DNA of 64,000 bases from a bacterium (GTDB taxonomy: Bacteria > Zhuqueibacterota > Zhuqueibacteria > Residuimicrobiales > Krinioviventaceae). Numbering within the stretch: position 1 is the first letter of the stretch; each line of letters begins with the position of its first letter. The notes under the pieces were generated by a model. The model ran no database searches. It was not told the origin of the DNA and worked only from the letters and a program-made list of their open reading frames with translations. The stretch covers positions 4,736,001 to 4,800,000 of the forward strand of contig OY843751.1 of assembly GCA_963693055.1 (NCBI GenBank), read 5' to 3'. Below are positions 58,158 to 64,000 of this stretch, in pieces. The position numbers and the translations under genes were made by a program.

Positions 58158-60386
58158 ATGCGCAAATACTATATAATCCTCGGACTAGTGATATTGCTAT
58201 CTGCTTGTACAAGTTATCGCAAGACTAACGAGGAAAAAGTACGTAAAAAGCTGGAATATTCCGTTGCGCAATATAATAAAATGGCTTTGGCTAAAGCAGA
58301 CAGCCAAAGATATGATCTAGCCATAGATATTCTACGTGAAGCACTTTATCTGACTCCCTGGGATCCCGAGCTTTTTCTCAACCTCGGTTCCATGTTTTAT
58401 TATAACGACCAGCTAGACTCGGCAGAATTCATGTTCAAACGAGCTACATTGATGCGCCCTTCATTTGCAATGGCGTACACAAACCTGTCCAAAGTTTATA
58501 TAAAACAGAAAAAATACAAACAAGCACTGGATGCGGTTGATAATGCAATAGAACAAGACCCTGAATTTTCAGAAGCCTGGTTAACCAAATCAGAGATCTA
58601 TCTGGAGAATAACCTCATTGATGATGCCGTAACATTACTTAAGGAACAAACTGAAAAAGAACCAGACATTTCAGAATACCATTCACAATTAGGTTATATT
58701 TATCAAAAAACCGGATTAATCGATGATGCTATAAACGAATATCTTTATGCATTGAATATAGATCCGGGTGCTTCTTCCATTTATTTCAACCTGGGAAATG
58801 CTTTTTTTCAACAATGCCGGTTAGGTGACGCGCAATCAGCTTTTCTACAAGCGATAGAGTTAGACACCACCATAGAAACGACATATAACAATTACAGCCT
58901 GGTGTTGATCAATATGGAACAATATCGGGATGCCATAAGAACTTTGAACAAAGCTTTAGAGAAAAATCCCAAATCCTCTGTTGTCTTGTTTAATCTTTCC
59001 ATTGCTATGGACCGTGTAAAAAACTATGACAAGGCATTGGAATATATCAACAAGGCTATAGAGAGAGACAGTTCGCGAATTGTCTTTTATGTTCATAAAG
59101 GTAACATGTTGAAAAAAACCAACAAACTTGAAGAAGCCTTGAAAGAATATGAAAATGCTTTAAATATTGACAGCAATTCTACAACCGCCTATAATAACCT
59201 GGGCAACACCCTGATGTTATTAGGAAGAATTGACGAAGCAAATCTGGCATACCAGAAATCCATAGAACTATATACGGAACCATCCAGTCAGCCAAACACC
59301 TCTTCACTTGATCATGTTGACAAGGGAATTACCATGGTAGTCGGCTGGTGCAGTGATCCCTATCGCATTTATAAAGAATATGCCATGCTTTACAATAATC
59401 TGGGTAAAGCAAGAATTCTTTCAGGACAAATATCTCAGGCCAAACAAGCTTTTAAAATTGCAATTAATTATAATCCAGATTTTGTTGAGGGCTATCAAAA
59501 CCTTGCCGCTGTCTATTTTCAATTGGACCAGAAAGCACTTGGTAAAGATGCATTATCAATGTCGCGCATAAAAGCAGGAGATCTCTGGTATGATCAGCAG
59601 CTATACCAGGCTGCTCGGGAACAGTATCTTGATGCGCAAAAGATAGATCCAACACTCCCCCTGGCTCTTGCAAAAATGGCTTTACTAAACAAACGATTGG
59701 GACAAGATATCTCTGCAATTCAATACAAAAATGCCAAAAAAGCGATTTACGAAGATACAGATATGTATGTCACTCTTGCAGAATACTGCCAGCTTGATGA
59801 AAATCCAGAGGATGCATTAAAATACTATAAAAAAGCCATAGAACTGTCACCCGCATCTTTAACCGCATTAAGTAAAGCAGCAGATTTTTGTGAAACGAGT
59901 TATCCTGAATTGGCAAAACAATACAAAGCGGATGTACACTTTCTCAAAGGCAAGGCACTAAACTTTGCTAATCTGGATGATGCCGCCGTAGAACAGTATA
60001 AACAGGCAGTAGCGTTAGATTCCACACACATAAATTCATCACTTGCGTTGGCAGTACTTTATATGAAAAAGAACCATATGGAACGTGCCAAGGACCAATA
60101 CAACCGGGTATTAAGAATTGATCCTGAAAATTCGAAAGCAATGCTGGGACTGGGAACATTATATGGCAACCAACAGCAATTTGACAAAGCGATTGCTTAT
60201 CTTCAGCAAACGCTTATACAAGACTCTACAAATGCCCAGGCCCATTATACACTGGGTGTGAATTACTATTTCTTGAATGATCTTGATAATGCACTCGAAC
60301 ATACGCAAAAAGCTCAGAAACTGGGTATAGAAATAAATAATGAATTTTTGCAGAAACTCTTGGATGATAAAGAAACAAAAAGGTAA
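58158..60386 (+). CDS. TPR-repeat lipoprotein
   Basis: Lipobox LSAC; TPR repeats (YNNLG, AIELDP) along nearly the whole length. Confidence 0.9.
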   Translation: MRKYYIILGLVILLSACTSYRKTNEEKVRKKLEYSVAQYNKMALAKADSQRYDLAIDILREALYLTPWDPELFLNLGSMFYYNDQLDSAEFMFKRATLMRPSFAMAYTNLSKVYIKQKKYKQALDAVDNAIEQDPEFSEAWLTKSEIYLENNLIDDAVTLLKEQTEKEPDISEYHSQLGYIYQKTGLIDDAINEYLYALNIDPGASSIYFNLGNAFFQQCRLGDAQSAFLQAIELDTTIETTYNNYSLVLINMEQYRDAIRTLNKALEKNPKSSVVLFNLSIAMDRVKNYDKALEYINKAIERDSSRIVFYVHKGNMLKKTNKLEEALKEYENALNIDSNSTTAYNNLGNTLMLLGRIDEANLAYQKSIELYTEPSSQPNTSSLDHVDKGITMVVGWCSDPYRIYKEYAMLYNNLGKARILSGQISQAKQAFKIAINYNPDFVEGYQNLAAVYFQLDQKALGKDALSMSRIKAGDLWYDQQLYQAAREQYLDAQKIDPTLPLALAKMALLNKRLGQDISAIQYKNAKKAIYEDTDMYVTLAEYCQLDENPEDALKYYKKAIELSPASLTALSKAADFCETSYPELAKQYKADVHFLKGKALNFANLDDAAVEQYKQAVALDSTHINSSLALAVLYMKKNHMERAKDQYNRVLRIDPENSKAMLGLGTLYGNQQQFDKAIAYLQQTLIQDSTNAQAHYTLGVNYYFLNDLDNALEHTQKAQKLGIEINNEFLQKLLDDKETKR

Positions 60387-62623
60387 TGTACTCAATGAAA
60401 CGATATTTTATATATCTACTAGCTATTCTACTCCTGATCATAAATTGCGGTCCGGGAGAGCAGCCCATCACACTCATCAGCCCAAGCCAGATTTGTACAA
60501 TTGTACTGGATCTGGGGAATTATGACGATGCCGTAAAAGCAAGCCAGGTTATAGATCATAACAATATCACCCTTGACAGTCTTGATCAGGCAATAGCCAT
60601 TCACGCTTATGCTGCCCGTGAACTACAACAATATCTGGCTAAAATGCTGGAATTGAGTACGCAAGAGATCCCCATTGTAGACGACAATGATATACCGGAT
60701 GGTCCCATTATTTTTATTGGTACTCCTCGCTCCGGAGGAAAACGCGAGGCGGTATACAAAAAATTGAGAAAACGCTGGAAAAAAACCAAATCCAAATCTC
60801 CGCAATGTTTTCGTCAGGATACTTTTTGGTTCAAAGAATCACAAGACTTTTTGGTGTTGAGCGGCCGCACCCCAACTGCAGTCCTCTATTCAGTATATGA
60901 TTTTCTGGACAGGTTGGGTGTTCGCTGGATTTCCCCACAAGCCAGTGGAGAAATTGTGCCTAAACAGGGTGGTCTGATCCTTCAACCCATTGCCAGGTAT
61001 TTTACACCGCAAATGAAGCTTCGTGGTTTTCTTTATGATTATTTGGGAGAGGTGCCTGCGTCTCAACAACTCACACCCGAATTTTTGACCTGGATGGGTA
61101 GAAACAGATTAAACCTGGCCAAATACAGCGACTCTACCAGATATCTGTACAACAAACTGGGAATCAAAACTACCAACGGCGATGTCGAGCTATTGAAAAT
61201 GGCACTAAATCCTGATGCGCCCTATCCGTATAAGCATAAAAGTTTTGAAAATCCGGGAGCAACAGAGCCAGATCCATATCCGTTATCATCACAATTTACA
61301 GGAGACCGGAATAAAGACAATATCCTGTCTTATTTTGAAGCTCACCCGGAATGGTACCTTGTATCGTCTCAGGAACCGGCATTGTGTGTTTCTCAGAATA
61401 CATTCATGTCAGAAATATTAAAACAAATCAAAGACCGTCTTTCAAATCAATGGAAAAATATTGATTATTTAGAATTGTACAATATTAGTCAACTACCTTG
61501 GTGCTCTTGTAACGAATGCAGCAATCTGGGTAATGATACCAATAAATGGTTATACATGCTGCAAATTGTAAACACAGAAATTCAAAAATCATCCACCCCC
61601 AAAAAAATCATTGGCCTGAATGACAAATATACAGTTGTTCCCCCTGAGCAAGAGTTGCAGGGATTTGATTATGATAACATCCAGGTTTTCATCAGTCCCC
61701 ACCACCGGTGTTACAATCACACCCTTTACGACGAAAAATGCAAAGTAAATTATAATATTGTCGAATCGTTACATAGCTGGCAAAACCAAAACAGCAATTA
61801 TGAAAACAGTATAAATGTTTGCGAATTATATAATAACAGAGATTTTCAAAATCTGCCTTTATTATTTACAACAGTCATGAACCTTGATATGCCCTTGTAT
61901 CATAAACTCGGGGTTAAAGGCATGGCCACTGAAAATCCTTGGGTGACCAATGGTGGTGCTAATAATTTCATGAACTATCAATTAGCACGACAAGCATGGC
62001 GTCAGCATGTGGATCTCGACTCTTTAAAAATAGAGTACATCGTAAACCAGTATCCGGGTGCATATCAGTTGATGCAGGAATATTATAATAAAATTGAAGA
62101 AGCCATGGCAAATATTGCCGTATGGAAATGGGACCTTGCAGATCAGGTTAACCATGTAATTCTGGATTCTACCGCTAAAACCCTGTTACCCCTGGAAAAT
62201 TTTGCCGATCATTTCACGCTCGATGAAACAACTTCCAATCCTCAAACAGGAACTAATTGGGAGCGGACATATCAATTGATTTATGAGGTTCAATATATCC
62301 TGTATGAAGCACTAACAGGAGATATTCCTCCGCAAACCCAAAAAAGATTGCTTGAATTGAATCAACAAAAAAAATATTCAGAATTAATGGTGAACCTGTA
62401 CGATAATGTGATACGGTCCATGACCCTGGGACAGGATGAACCGGAAATGAAAATTGAATCCCTAATCCGGTTGGAAGAAATAGAGAATGAGTTAAAAGAT
62501 TTTACCATTACAGAACCAGCCTTTGGCATAAAAAATGGACTAGAAGCATCTGGTATTCAAAAAGCTGTTAATCAACTGGTAATGGATAATCAATCTGTAA
62601 TCAATAAGTACAAAACACCATAG
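60386..62623 (+). CDS. DUF4838-like (GH20/GH67-like fold) probable lipoprotein
   Basis: AARELQQYLAKM, VLYSVYDFLDRLGVRW, WMGRNRLN, HPEWY and WCSCNEC; start at 60386 or 60395. Confidence 0.72.
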   Translation: MYSMKRYFIYLLAILLLIINCGPGEQPITLISPSQICTIVLDLGNYDDAVKASQVIDHNNITLDSLDQAIAIHAYAARELQQYLAKMLELSTQEIPIVDDNDIPDGPIIFIGTPRSGGKREAVYKKLRKRWKKTKSKSPQCFRQDTFWFKESQDFLVLSGRTPTAVLYSVYDFLDRLGVRWISPQASGEIVPKQGGLILQPIARYFTPQMKLRGFLYDYLGEVPASQQLTPEFLTWMGRNRLNLAKYSDSTRYLYNKLGIKTTNGDVELLKMALNPDAPYPYKHKSFENPGATEPDPYPLSSQFTGDRNKDNILSYFEAHPEWYLVSSQEPALCVSQNTFMSEILKQIKDRLSNQWKNIDYLELYNISQLPWCSCNECSNLGNDTNKWLYMLQIVNTEIQKSSTPKKIIGLNDKYTVVPPEQELQGFDYDNIQVFISPHHRCYNHTLYDEKCKVNYNIVESLHSWQNQNSNYENSINVCELYNNRDFQNLPLLFTTVMNLDMPLYHKLGVKGMATENPWVTNGGANNFMNYQLARQAWRQHVDLDSLKIEYIVNQYPGAYQLMQEYYNKIEEAMANIAVWKWDLADQVNHVILDSTAKTLLPLENFADHFTLDETTSNPQTGTNWERTYQLIYEVQYILYEALTGDIPPQTQKRLLELNQQKKYSELMVNLYDNVIRSMTLGQDEPEMKIESLIRLEEIENELKDFTITEPAFGIKNGLEASGIQKAVNQLVMDNQSVINKYKTP

Positions 62624-62684
62624 TTTCTTGTAAACATATTCAAGGATCCATTCGTCTAAATATTGATAACCAAATTCAAGGACT

Positions 62685-63605
62685 ATGAAACAGCTTTATA
62701 CATATATATTCATTCTATCGCTGGTACTGACATCATGTACTTTTGCCCCAATATTTGTTTATGAATGGGGTCCGGATGAGACTTATAACTTGCCCGGCTC
62801 TTATAACCAGCTCAATACGGTTTTAACCGATTCTTCTGGCAGGCAATGGACACTCTATGCCTCTAACGCATATGGCTTTTGGGAATTCTGGATGTCCTGG
62901 GCGGATAAAGATGGAGACTGGTCAAGACCGGTTTATACGGGTATTCCTTCAAATCCCAATTATTATTATGAATGGGACATTGTAGAGCCCAACAAGTTTA
63001 ATATAAAGCGTACCTGGAATGGCGGTCGGGAAACATTTTACCAAAGAATGATGTATGATACCAAAGTAAAAGACTATATCATAAATAAATACGATATATT
63101 TTATGACACCGATGCCGATGGCTTGACCGATTATTCAGAATACGTCTTGTTAACCGACCCCCTTGATAACGATACAGATGGCGATGGTAAAGCAGATGGC
63201 TTTGATTCCAATCCACTTGCAGGCCCCCCTGCCGATTCTTTGTCTGAACATGTCAGACTGCATAAATATATTATTGAAAGACAATTATATCTATTCGATA
63301 CCAAACGCCTGGTTATTGTTGAACAGTTTGAAAATACTCCAATGGAATACAATCGTCGGGATGGTCTTGTACTGAGTCTCTCGTCAGATGAATGCGACAA
63401 TTACCTGGATGAATTTGGATATGGAACCCCCATCATGACCGCATCAATTAAGGATACACTGAGCTATTATCTTGTTAATTATCAGCTTTATATCGATCCG
63501 GATACCGCCTTTGGGTTTGACGCTCTTTATAGATGGAGTGATAAATATAATCAATTTGTTCGCAGAAAAACCCTCTATAACTGGGAATCCGTACCGAGTC
63601 GTTAA
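62685..63605 (+). CDS. Lipoprotein with Ca-binding DxDxDG (TSP3-like) repeats
   Basis: Lipobox LTSC; DTDADGLTDYSE and DTDGDGKADGFDSNP. Confidence 0.7.
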   Translation: MKQLYTYIFILSLVLTSCTFAPIFVYEWGPDETYNLPGSYNQLNTVLTDSSGRQWTLYASNAYGFWEFWMSWADKDGDWSRPVYTGIPSNPNYYYEWDIVEPNKFNIKRTWNGGRETFYQRMMYDTKVKDYIINKYDIFYDTDADGLTDYSEYVLLTDPLDNDTDGDGKADGFDSNPLAGPPADSLSEHVRLHKYIIERQLYLFDTKRLVIVEQFENTPMEYNRRDGLVLSLSSDECDNYLDEFGYGTPIMTASIKDTLSYYLVNYQLYIDPDTAFGFDALYRWSDKYNQFVRRKTLYNWESVPSR

Positions 63606-64000
63606 TCTATTTTCCCAAGCCCGATCATTTTTTCAAATCTTGTGTCATAGTGCTCAATGATATTTTGCCAATCATATGGTTCGGCAATCTCTCTATAGGT
63701 ATTTTTTCTTAAAGTTTCAACATTCTCCATTGCATTTTTGACTCTTTTGAACAGATTCTGGTTATCCGCATATATTATTTCATTACGGAATAATTCCGGG
63801 ACCAATTCCGGATATGAAAGCCGGTCAGGCAATAGCGGAAAACAACCACAATAGACCGCCTCCATTACACTGGCGCCAAAAAAGTCATGAAAAGAAGTAA
63901 CCGGAAGAATATCGGCACGCCATAACCAGTACGCGTAATTCTCGAAAGACTCTGCAAACCCCATATGCACAATTTTATCTCGTAACCGGTCTTTGACCTT
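63602..64000 (-). CDS. GT-B glycosyltransferase, DUF3524/GTDC1-like, 5' end outside window
   Basis: HDFFGASVMEAVYCGCFPLLPDRLSYPEL; frame open to the window edge (KVKDRLRDKIVHMG...). Confidence 0.8.
   Translation of the reverse strand, partial: KVKDRLRDKIVHMGFAESFENYAYWLWRADILPVTSFHDFFGASVMEAVYCGCFPLLPDRLSYPELVPELFRNEIIYADNQNLFKRVKNAMENVETLRKNTYREIAEPYDWQNIIEHYDTRFEKMIGLGKID

Overview
AT-rich bacterial chromosomal window, probably FCB group (KSB1/Calditrichota-like, inferred from seven proteins ending in the QNYPNPFN...FlgD-Ig/T9SS-type C-terminal domain). It holds large modular secreted proteins (FG-GAP/VCBS + ASPIC, Big_1, FN3), one of which (<1..3523, -) is missing from the ORF track. It also holds housekeeping genes (PPi-type PFK, nadA, RsmF-like, A-type Fe-S carrier), a PAS kinase/sigma54 activator pair with a canonical sigma54 promoter, a mannose-glycan cluster in which several intact ORFs have lost catalytic motifs, and envelope genes. 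The most interesting region is 15.87-22.03 kb. It encodes an ECF-type sigma factor, a HxxxCxxC protein, a single-pass TPR anti-sigma-like protein, an unannotated 54-aa Gly-Gly/poly-Pro peptide and an exported, membrane-anchored TPR-CHAT caspase-like protease. The sigma gene is flanked by two outward-facing copies of a 41-bp promoter-like motif. One copy precedes the anti-sigma/peptide operon, and the other precedes a structured, terminated ~240-nt candidate RNA. No CRISPR array, tRNA, rRNA or transposase was seen. All family calls come from motif recognition; no searches were run.
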